NCBI GenBank assembly: GCA_038087875.1
Contig: JAXLNO010002167.1
Span: 1-64,000 of the forward strand
DNA: 64,000 bases
Direction: 5' to 3'
Source of the DNA: Malacoraja senta
Taxonomy: Eukaryota
A program made the position numbers and the translations under genes. Shown here one piece after another: positions 26,201 through 38,200 of this stretch. The notes under the pieces are model-generated. The model did not search any database. It saw nothing but the letters and a program-made list of their open reading frames with translations, and was not told the origin of the DNA. Position 1 is the stretch's first letter. Each line of letters starts with the position of its first letter.

Positions 26201-29200
26201 AAAACCTGGCATGATGGCAAAGCGACATGACTTTTAATGTCCTTCTACAAGAGGTCACTGTGACTGCTTCCTGTACGCCTCTCTGTCCAACTGCTCGATT
26301 CTCCGCAGCCCCACAATTCAGATTTCAGAATCCTGCATCACGGCCCTCCCAATCATAGACAGTAGTGGTCCAAGACTGCTGACCACATGTCACTGACTGT
26401 ACGTACTGCCAGCGAGGAAATGCTAAGGTGATTAGAAATTGAGTGACAGCCCATTTACCCCGTGTGTCGCTCGTTGTTGGGGTATTGATGCTATCGTTTC
26501 TAAGAGCAGAAAAAAACTCATCTCATTGATTTCAAACACCAATTCAAATTTTTTCTCTCCAAATGTTACCCAACCTGCTGAGTATTTACAATATTTTCTG
26601 TTTTAATTTATCTCTTATTTTCCTACAGACAAGAAAACATAATGCATCACCCATAACCTATTGAAATCTGGCTCGGTCTATATAATAACATTATTTTGCC
26701 ACAGAGAAAGATACTGCTTTCATAGGCCTGCCTTGCATTCAGGTCCTCAATTCCTCAACGATAGGAGTTGTTGGAATTGTCACTCAGATTTGATGTGCTT
26801 TGGTGGCATTGCTGGGATTATTAGTGTCAATGTGGAAGAGGAAACTCTTTTCATTTGAAAGATCAATATTGAATAAATAGCGGGTCCAACATTATTCAGA
26901 CAACATTCCCCACAATTCTCCCAGAGTTATGCCTCCCGGGCCCACAAAACATGGATTTGTCACTTGTCAGGTGATAATGCAGATCATGAGATAATGTACT
27001 TCTAGAGACATCTATTGTTTTCACACCTAACCCTTCCATATCTCTACATCAGGAAAGCAATGACAGGATCAGTCAAAGTCAGCATTTATGAAGGGGAAAT
27101 AATGCTTGACTAATCTTCTGGAATTTTTTGAGGATGTAACAAGTAGAATAGATAAGGGAGAGCCAGTGGATGTGGTGTATCTGGACTTTCAAAAAAGCCT
27201 TTGACAAGGTCCCACACAAGAGATTAGTGTGCAAAATTAGAGCACATATGACTGGTGGTAGGGTATTGAAATGGATAGAGAACTGGTTGGCAAACAGGAA
27301 TGAAAGAGTAGGAATTAACGGGTCCTTTTCAGAATGGCAGACAGTGACTAGTGGGGTGCAGCAAGGCTCGGTGCTGGGACCCCAGTTATTTACAATATAT
27401 ATTCACGATTTAGACGAGGGAATTAAATGTGACATCTCCAATTTGCGGATGACTCAAAGCTGGGTGGCAGTGTGAGCTGTGATGAGGATGCTATGAGGCT
27501 GCGGGGTGATTTGGATAGATTGGGTGAGTGGGCAGATGCATGGCTGATGATTTAAAATCAGTACCCCGTTCCTGCTTTTTAACCATATCCCTTGAGGATA
27601 AATGTGAGGTTATCCACTTTGGTGGTAAGAACAGGAAGGCAGATTATGATCTGAATGGTGTCAGATAAGGAAAAGGGGAGGTGCAATGAGACCTGGGTGT
27701 GCTTGTACATCAGTCACTGAAAGTAAGCATGCATGTTCAGCAGGCAGTGAAGAAAGCTAATTGTGGCCTTCATTGTGAGAGGATTTGAGTTTAGGAGCAA
27801 AGAAGTCCTACTGCAGTTGTACAGGGCCCTGGTGAGACCGCACCTGGAGTATTGTGTGCAATTTTGGTCTCCTAATTTGAGTAAGGATATTATTGCTATT
27901 GAGGGAGTGCAGCGTAGGTTCACCTGGTTATTCCCGGGATGGCTGGACTGACATATGATGAAAGAATGGGTCGTCTGGGCCTGAATTCACTGGAATTGAG
28001 AATGATGAGAGGGGATCTTATAGAAACATATACAATTCTTAAAGGATTGTACAGGCTAGATGCAGGAAAAATGTTCCCGATGTTGGGGGAGTCCAGAACC
28101 AGGGGTCAAAGTTTAAGATTAAGGGGTTGGCCATTTAGGACTGAGATGAGGAAAAACTTCTTCACCCAGAGTTGTGAATCTGTGGAATTCTCTGCCACAG
28201 AAGGCAGTGGAGGTCAATTCACTGGATGATTTCAGGAGAGAGTTAGACTTAGCTCTTAGGGCTAAAGGAATCAAGAGATATGGTTAAAAAGCAGGAACGG
28301 GGTACTGATTTTAAATGATCAGCCATGATCATATTGAATGGCGGTGCTGGCTCAAATGGCCAAATGGCCTATTACTGCACCTATTTTCCTATATTTCTAT
28401 GTTTCACACCTTCCTCTTCCATATCTCTACATCTGTTGTTTTCACACCTTAACCCTTCCATAAGAAACATTTAGACAGGCACATGAATAGGACAGGTTTA
28501 GAGAGATATGGACCAAACGCAGGGAGGTGTGAAAGAACATGTTGGCTGTAGCATTAAACATTCTTGGGCATAAATTTTTAATCTTTCAATTGCTCTACTC
28601 CTATTCAGAAAGGAGTAAGTCAATCAGCTAAACACAAAGTGCCAGATGAACCTAGTCGGTCAAGCAGCATTTGTGGAGGGAATGAACAGTTGTTATTTTA
28701 GATTGGGACCCTTCTTCGGACTGATGAAGTAGGAGGGAGAAAGCTGGAGAGGAGAGGTCATAGGGCAAAGCTTCGCAAGGGGGGATACCAGCGAGGGGGG
28801 TGGTGTGTGGTGATTACCAGACAAGCAAAATCTAAACAATTGATTTTCTTCGTCTGACAATCACCACCCCCACCTCCTCCCTTAAATTGGCAATTCCTTT
28901 TGCTTTGTGTACAAAGTAGTCCTGCCCAATCATGAGACTGGACAAGGGTTGCAGATGACCAGGATCTTGGTGTACCCGACCCCACCCCCTCCACATCAAT
29001 GGCCGAGGTGAAGAAAGAAACCCCCAATTGTGGACTCTCAGAACAGATCTGATGCGGGCCTCAAGAATAGCTCTCTTTACCGGAGAGAATAGTCAGTAAC
29101 CAACGATCTATTCTCAACCTTTAAACATTTCCTTCACGATGTTCCAATGTTTATGATTATTCATTTTCAATCACCATTCAGCTGAATAACAAAATGCAGA

Positions 29201-32200
29201 ATAAACTATTGCATACCAGATCATAATTTCAGAGTTTAAACAATGGAGAATGAAATTATTCTCAGTTAATTAATTAAGGAATTTGATTTTGTCACAATAA
29301 ACAGTAGACCAAAATTACTCCAAGGAGATCTTGATCCCCTCAATGCATTTAATTTGGGGGAAAAAATTCCCTGCAGTTTATCCAAATGTATGGATGGATC
29401 AGTGAATATTGGCTCCGAGTCATTCACTTTAATAAGACTTTAGCATAAGTCAATAGCGATCACTTTGCAATTAAAGTTCTGGGGAGAAGGCAGAAGAATG
29501 GGGTTAGGAGAGAGGGATAGATCAGCCATGACAGGGTAGACTTGATGGGCTGAATGGTCTAATTCTGCTCCAATCACTTTTGAACATAAACAGTTTCTCC
29601 AATGAACAGGTACCAGCATATTCATTCTGAAATTAAACTATCTCTAAACTAAAATTGTGGACAATACAAATAAATTAATTGTGAACATTTTGTAAGCTTC
29701 AGTAGTGAGACTCATTGCATGCAATATCCTGAAGTCAGACAGCTATTTGTAATTGGATTTGTCAAATTAAGATCAATAGACCATTATTTGTTTATTTGCA
29801 CTTTATCTGCTTATTTATTCATGTATATATTTATATAATGGCATATTGACACACTGATCTGTTCTGTATACATGCCTACTATATTCCATTGTGCTGAAGC
29901 AAAGTAAGAATTTCATTGTCCTATCTGGGACACATGACAATAAACTCTCTTGAATCTTGAATCTTGAAAAACTGAATTTTCCGCCCAGCTTTTCTTCCCT
30001 AGTCCATGAGACATAAGTTGTTGAATTCCTTACGTTTACCCCATAGAAGTTGGCTAACAAGATGCTCCCCGACCCGCTGAGTTCTTCCAGCACTTTTCAA
30101 AAAACACTTTTCTTTAGCTATCTAATTTTGAACATTACATTTGTTTAGCATCTTTTACAATATGGCAAAGCATTTTTTAATCCTATAAGACACTTTTTAA
30201 GTCTGATCATTATATGAATGCAGAAAAATGAAAAGCCAATTGACACACACCAAGTTTCCATAGAAAGTAAAATGTTTAAGAATCAATATTACCTCATATA
30301 CTAAAACTGTAATTTACTTCATATACGATATAGCCTGCACCCATTTAACAAAGCATCTGGACTCCTTTACATCCCCCTGAGAGAGTTGGTTTAGAATCTC
30401 TACTGCAAGATAGTATCCCCAATTGTGCAGCTCCTCCCAGAGACTGCTCTGTGCTGTAATTAAAGTGTTTCCTTATTAGTTTGTAACATCATTCATGTTT
30501 CTTTTCATGTTTGAAGCTGTCTAATTATCTTTGAATTCTAAGTAGTTAATTCCATAATAGCTCAGCTACTAGCTCCAAGTTGCTCCTGCACTTGTAGCAA
30601 TGACGCTGTATATTCAATTGTATGTTGAGAATTATTCATTCAAGGAATGTATTAAAGCTTATTCCAAAACATCTACACGAGTCCAATTTTATTATACAAA
30701 AAAGTCATAAAAGAAGTTTACTCCACATCTTCTCAACATGATTTCCAAACAGCAGACACAAGCAAACACAATGGATAAATCTTTCACTATTGGTGAAAAA
30801 ACTCAAAAATTATATTTTTAAATCCAATATAAGTCGCCAGTATGAATACTTCGATGCAAGATAGCATAGTATCGTAAAATATGAGACTAGCCCATTGAAA
30901 TATTTTGCATATCTTTTTAAATAGGCACAAGAGGAAACCATTACCTGTGGTGGTTGCTGCAACTGTTGTTGTACTTAATGTTGAATTAATGACTTCTGTG
31001 GTTGTAGCTAATGCTGGTGAAGAAAAAGATAAAGAGGTCATAACACAGCTTTCAATGATTATGATATAAAATTAATAGCATTTTGAAGATTATTTTCAGT
31101 TTTTAAGCTTAATTGGCAACTGAAAAATCTTAAATGTAAAAGTAAAAAAATCATGGTCTTTTGGATGCACGTCCCCATAACACTTCATAAAGCATCATTG
31201 GGATCCTGTCTTTGAGTTCCTCTCAGCAAAGCAAAGCAGGGATGAGCTGGTGTGAAATAGGTGGTGTGACTCTAATCATTTCAACGAGAATGATTCGAGG
31301 TTTTCATATTGTTTGTTTCTGGGCCAGTTAAAATAGGTAAAAAGGTATATGGATAGGACAGGTATAAAACAGTAAAAAATAATACACACCTCTGCATATC
31401 ACTTTCCCATTCTTGCACACACTGCAAAAGATTTAAATAATTTAGGTTAATGAGAGATTAGGTTAATATGGTTTTTGCTATTTTAACACATTAATTATTT
31501 TGGTTAGACAGCTTGCTACTTTCTTGGCAATATCTGTTGTCATGAAAGCTAACTTTAATACAGCTGCATTAGAAATTTCATGAAATAATTAAAGGGCCTG
31601 TCCCACTGTACGAGGTAATTCAAGAGTTCTCCCAAGTTCTCCCCTGATTCGAGCTCGTGTAATGATTGCATTAGTCGAAACAGGGCGGACCACGTGAAGG
31701 TTGCAATCTCCCACCCCCCACAAGCTCCTACGTACCCGCTACATACATTACACGAGCTCGAATCAGGGGAGAACCCGGGAGAACTCTTGAATTACCTCGT
31801 ACAGTGGGACAGGCCCTTAAGTCTCTAACCTCTAGAAATAAATGAGATAGTTCAAACAAAATAGATAATCACCTTCCATTTCGTATTAGCTTTAGATGGA
31901 AGCTATATGTGCAGAAATGTACCTCATCTGCAACCTCACAAATGCATCCACCAACAAACTTTCCCAAGTCAATCCTGCAATATTCCCATCACCATTTAAC
32001 ATCCTTTCGAAATGGCAGACAGTGCCAACCATTTCATTGAGTTACCAAAAACATAAGAGGTCTGTGGCCTCATAAAATTCACTTCTCTCATTATTCTTAC
32101 AGGAAAGGAATAAAAACATGTTACTGATTGTATGCCTCATTGTCACCTTCCCCTCAGCTAACAATGATTCATTCTACATTTTCATTGAGCATCGTCCTAT

Positions 32201-35200
32201 TTGATGTCTCGTATTCACACCTTGCCCTTCCATATCTCTCTGTCTCTCAGTCTGAAGAAGGGTCTCGACCCGAAATGTCACCCATTCCTTCTCTGCAGAG
32301 ATGCTGCCTGTCCAATCTTCCAAAATAGTTTTATAGTGACAATAACTGTACATGTACACAATATTATGAAATAGCTACACATAAGTGAATATTTTTGTTA
32401 AAGAAAAGAAAATATTTAAAATTCATGGCTAATATGAACTAAAAATGGAAGGTGCATTTATAGATACCATTCTTCACAATCATTCATGGTTCTATTGCCT
32501 GGCAGCAATATTTTCCCATTATAATAACAAGTACAATCAGGTAGATTAACACATTTCATTTTATTTTCGTCCAGATACGGAGTATTCTCAGGGCATCTTG
32601 CATAACAACCTGAAGTAAATAGAAAGTGATAATGAGGACAGGGCATTGATAACATGGTTTAGTGACTTAGATTAATAAACACTTCAACAGGTTCATATTG
32701 TTCCAAACTTGTTTTAAAACTTGAATTATTAAAGGATCACAAATACCCACCATTCAATTAAATAAAAATGCCATTGTGTATACAGAACATTTGTAAAAAA
32801 ACTATATAAATACTTAGTCAGGAATATTACCATTTACAAAAACAATCTTATAATACACAGGGTGAATAAGAATCAAAATACGTGAGGTTTTCAAGCACAA
32901 CCTTCAAGAACTGCAGAATATTTTTTCCCGATGTGATGGTCGGAGCATGTTCGCGTTTTTATTGTTCCACAAGGCTGATAGTGCCAGCTGCACTCACCGG
33001 GAGTGTTATAATAGTCACAGTACACAGCTGAAATGTAAAACAGAAATAGTTCTCCATTATGACCTGCAATTTGTTTCCAGTTTTATAAATCTCTGATTTG
33101 TTACACATGATTGGCGGTATTCCTTTCCTGTTACTAATGATCAGACAAATGCTTCATTAGCTGAACTTCATAACAAGAATAATGGTAGGAGCATTAATAA
33201 CAGCTTGTTGTTATTAAAAACGAATCAGATAGCAATGAACAACATTCACGTCTATCCATAGGTCAGAGTGGGATTCGGATGGAGAATTAAGGTGACCCAA
33301 GTGTAGAGGAGACTTTTTATTGGTTTGTTGCCTCCTACATTGTTATGAGGTCCAATGTAATCTTATGGAACAGTACCTCATTTTATGTCTGGGCCCATTG
33401 CAGCTCCTGGACTCAATATTGAACTTTATAACTGCAAGTAACGTGATTTCTCTGTCCATGTTAGTCACCCATCTGTGACATTAGCTCCAGGTGTTTTTTT
33501 ACTGCCCTTTTAATCTCTGGGAGTGGTGGAATGTGGAATTTGACCCGCTGGGCTTGTCTCACGAATCCGCATTTCACACCCCCACATTCTTTTGTCTGTT
33601 TTCACTCTCTAACGGCTCCCATTTACACATTGACCAGTTAACCTAGTCCACAATGAAACACAAAGTGCTGGTGGAACTCAACGAGTCAAGTAGCATTTGT
33701 GGAAGGAATGGACAGACCGCATTTCGGATCGGTCCCCTTCTTCAGAGAAGGAAGGGTCCAAACTCGAAACGTCATCTGTCCATTCCCTGAGTTCTTCCAG
33801 TACTTTGTATTATGCTCAAGATTACAGTATCTACAGTCTCATATCTCCATGTAACCTTGTTTATAGTTTATTGCCATGGTCAGCCTGGTTTTACACAGTC
33901 ATAGACATCTCCCCTCCTCCATGCTCCCTGCAGCTAAACAAGCTTCTATTGTGTCCTTAACAGTTTTGCCGAAAGGTCTTTAACCTGAAACATTTACTAT
34001 TTATCTTCTTAAGGGTATGGTTGTTGTTTTCCATTCGATAGTCACCAAAGTCAACAGGAATTGCACTTGTGCAGTGAAAGTTGGGTACAGGAAATGAGCT
34101 TTTATTTGAATCCAACTCCACCAGGTTTTAATTTCAGTTGGAGATTTAAAATTTACTCTAACTTTTAAACTTTTTGTTCATACTCTTTTATTTCATAGTT
34201 CCGTCATTTGTCTATGATATCTGTCCAGGATTTTACATTGTTTTATCCTCTACTTTTCAGTTTAGGCTCATGTGTGGCCATTCTTTAAAGACAGAAACAA
34301 AATGCTGGAGTAACTCAACGGATCAGGCAACATCTCTGGATAAAAGGAATAGGTGGCGTTTCGGATCAAAACCCTTCTTCAGGCAATTCAGTCTGATTTG
34401 AGTCTGATTGCTTAAAGACTCACGATGCCCCTGCACCTGTTCAGTCAGATCCCAGAGTACATTTGAACAGCTGTAATGTTATCAAGTCACAGAGCAATGT
34501 CCCAGGGCAAATGCAAGTGTAATGCTGCTCCTTCGCATCTGCTAACTACAAAGCTAAAGGCATTGTTTACATTATCTGATGTACCCAGGGGAACCCAGTG
34601 GAGCAGAGATCCGTGTTTTTGCGGTAACTGGAGGAGTATTTATTTTCCCTTCAGACTCCCACTTACATACTAAAGTATCCACCTAGCACCACGTTTTTGG
34701 GGAGAAAGGGCCAGCTACAACAATGATAGGAAAGAAGGGAGCCTGTCACTGAAGTAAAATGATGTATAATACATAATAAATTATCTTTGTTATTCTTCAC
34801 ATTATTAACCATTCTCAAAGAAATTCAAGAACATAATTTCTTTGAGAATTGCTTGCATTGATCAAATAAGTTTAATAATATCTACAACTTAATACTTACG
34901 ACACAAGTCCGGTGTTCTCCAATTAATACAAACTCCAGCTTTATTACAAGCTTCTGCATACACAGCTACAGCAGTGCAGAAGCCCAGATATTTCCCTTCC
35001 ATGTCACAGGCACAAGCTTCTTCAACACAAGCATCATAATATGGGACTGGGTCTACCTGATACAGCGCATGATCATAATGTTAGAAAGAAGGTTTTGCAT
35101 ACAGATCAACTTTGATTTAATTTATTTTGTTCAAAATAAACTACCTTACCTTTTTATGGCAATTTTGAAACACAACATCCTTCATTATGTTGCATCTCCT

Positions 35201-38200
35201 CTGAGCCCATGCTAAACAGTATGGGTTTCTATCGCAAGGAAATGTTTGATTCAATATATCTGAACAAGACAATGAAGATTTCCAGGTGTTTCCAAATTTT
35301 ACAGTATTGGTCACCAAAGAATTTCCTTTTGTTTTTAGATCATCTGCAACATCGTCATTGAAATTTCCACACAGTCCACATACTTTGTTCTGTAAGTGAA
35401 AATACATTATTACAATGTTTTGACTGAGAAATTCCATTGGGCTATTCCCAATCTGCAGTTGTAAATCCGAGACAAAACCAAAAATTAAACGCAAATGATA
35501 GAGACTGGACTCTCCACCAATGACCAACTTAGGGATGTGGAATTTTAGTGCCCTAAACAGTTGAGTAAAAAAATATAATTTCATGTTGTCATATCTTCTT
35601 ATAATAAATTCCTATCCCAGCTATGATGGTCTTGAATCAACACAGTTTCACATTTCCCAACTCCTTGGCCTCTTGGCAAACAACCTCTTATACTCCAACC
35701 AATTCTATTTCTTAGCTTCTTAAATTCTGTAGCTTTGGCTTTTAAACAAAAGTAAAATACAACAATTTACCAGAATACTTTTTGTATTAAATCGGCATTG
35801 AAGTTTAAAATCTGCTGGCCCGACAAGAAAGTTGAAAATAAAAATAAAAAATGCACTAAATACTCGGCAGGTCAGGCAGCATTCGAGGAGGACAAAACAG
35901 TGAACATTTCACCTAATAGTCATTCATCAGCATCATTCCAGCAACTATATTTTTAATTTTGTTTTTCTATGATGGAGTCAAACGCATTTTCGCTGCAATT
36001 TTCAACAGTGTACAATAATACAGAGAACATGCTTAATTAAGATATGCTGATATATATTTATATGGTACATATTTACTTAAGATTATTGTAAATAATATGC
36101 TGAATGCTGGAATGAAACCTATTGCAGCATGCAATGTATATTTATTTCTGCAAGAGATTAAGTTCTTGATATATTTATTTATTGTTAACCACATTAAAAA
36201 ATGCAAGCATTAATATCTAATCTCTAAACAGTACTTACTTTCCATCTTGGGTCCAATGTTATCGAAAACTTTGTGTGTCTATCCCATATCACAACAATCC
36301 CATTTGAAAATGAGAGGATTAAATAAAGTCCGACCGTGTGAAATGAATAAGAATTATCTCGGCACTGGGTTTGACGAGATTTACCAGTCCTTACCACTCT
36401 TCCATCAGTTAGAAGGAATTCTACCTCCTAAAGATAAGAAGTCGCAATGAGTTCTTAACATGTTCATAATGATGTGCAAATACAGATAACCCTAAAAAAA
36501 ATAGTTTAATATTTTAAAAGTATACAGTGACAAAATTTATAGTAAAATACAGATCCCCCTCCCCTTCACTCCTGTAATACATGCTATTCCAATCTGTTTT
36601 GTTCTCAACCTGAAACTTGTGTATGCATTTGCAAGTAGTTTTCAGGTCTACTTTGTTTTCATTTTCATGTGTGTTTTTTAAGCTGCATCCTCTGAGCTTC
36701 CCTCAGCTTTGAAAGCACGTTGAAAGCACCTACATTATTGATGTATTCAAGAGAGAGTTAGAGAAAGCTTTTAGGGATAACAGAATCTAGGGATATGGGG
36801 AGAAAGCAGGAACAGGGGGGCTGATTTTGGATGATCAGCCTTAATCATATTGGATGTTGGTGCTGGCTTGAAGGGCCAAATGGCCTACTCCTGGACCTAT
36901 TTTCTATGATTCTATGTTCTATGTTTCTATGAAATGTTGTAGCTTCTACTTCTTGTCAAATTCTAAGCCTTGTAGCCACTATGCCTGGGCGAGTAGCCAG
37001 CCGGAGAGAGTAGGCATTGAATCTGTATGGAGCACATGGATGTGAGAGGGCCACACAAGGTCAGCCCAGCAGGAGGAGGAGGAGGACTGGAGTTAGGATG
37101 CAGTGAGGAATTCACCAGGAAAGATGTGTTTTTACTTAATACCAGGCATGGATTGTGAAAGGGTGATTTAGGTATGATCTGAATACAAAAATAGATGCTT
37201 CCACTTCTGAAATGTGCTGCATGATTTGGGCATTTATTTTAAAAATCATAACTTAAGTTCAGGATATTTGTCAGATTGGCAACACTCTGGCCATACACAG
37301 CAGGTAACAACTCTTGTTCAGGACCAGAACTATCTTGCTGCCTTAACCTGGATTCAAGGACTAATTAACCAGAATTCACAGTGTTATAAGGCATTACGAA
37401 CTTGCTGTTGCCTCAAAAATGCAATGGAGGCTATTCTAAATTAAGGAGGCTTGGTTTTCTTTTTTTCTGAGAATTTATTATATTATTTATTGTGTGGTAA
37501 ATGTGTCTTTTGGGAGTTGAAGAAAATATTGATTGGTTTAGGAAGCAACATGCTGCTAAATTAATTTTTGGGGTGGTAGGATTGACTAATTCTTAAGTGG
37601 TGGGATTGCATTCTTTTCCCAGAGTGAAACCTTTTCATCTTTTAAAATGTAGGGGATTCTTTTTAATTTCAGATGGTGACAAGACTTTGGCTCAGTTGTA
37701 CAGATGCAATGTGGTAAAAAAGTAAATGTTATATAGTAGTAAAGAGTTTCTGTAACATTTGCACCCAACTTGAATACTCCACTGATCTATTCACATCTAT
37801 TTCCTCGCACCCCATGATTACATAGATACAAATTAAATAGATACAAACAAAGAGATCAAAATCAAAATTAAAGATACAGACCGCAAACAAAATTTTGATG
37901 TTTCTTGAGCAGGTCACTCCATTTTCGCAACATGGAACACTTTCTATTAATATTTGGAATGTCCCTTCTCCTTGATTGCAATGGTCCTAAATAGAAAGAT
38001 ACAAACAAATATGGCATAAGGCTGAAGAAAGGCTTTTACACCTTCTTGTTGTGTGCCCATGAGATTGAACTCCTGCTTCCGAAGTTGATGCTTTTTAAAT
38101 TCCGAATTAACTCCCTAATATTTCACAAACAAAAATGGCAGAGAAGTGAGTTGCACTGGACCAATCAGAATGATTGGAATGGGCGCTGAAAGATGCCCCT

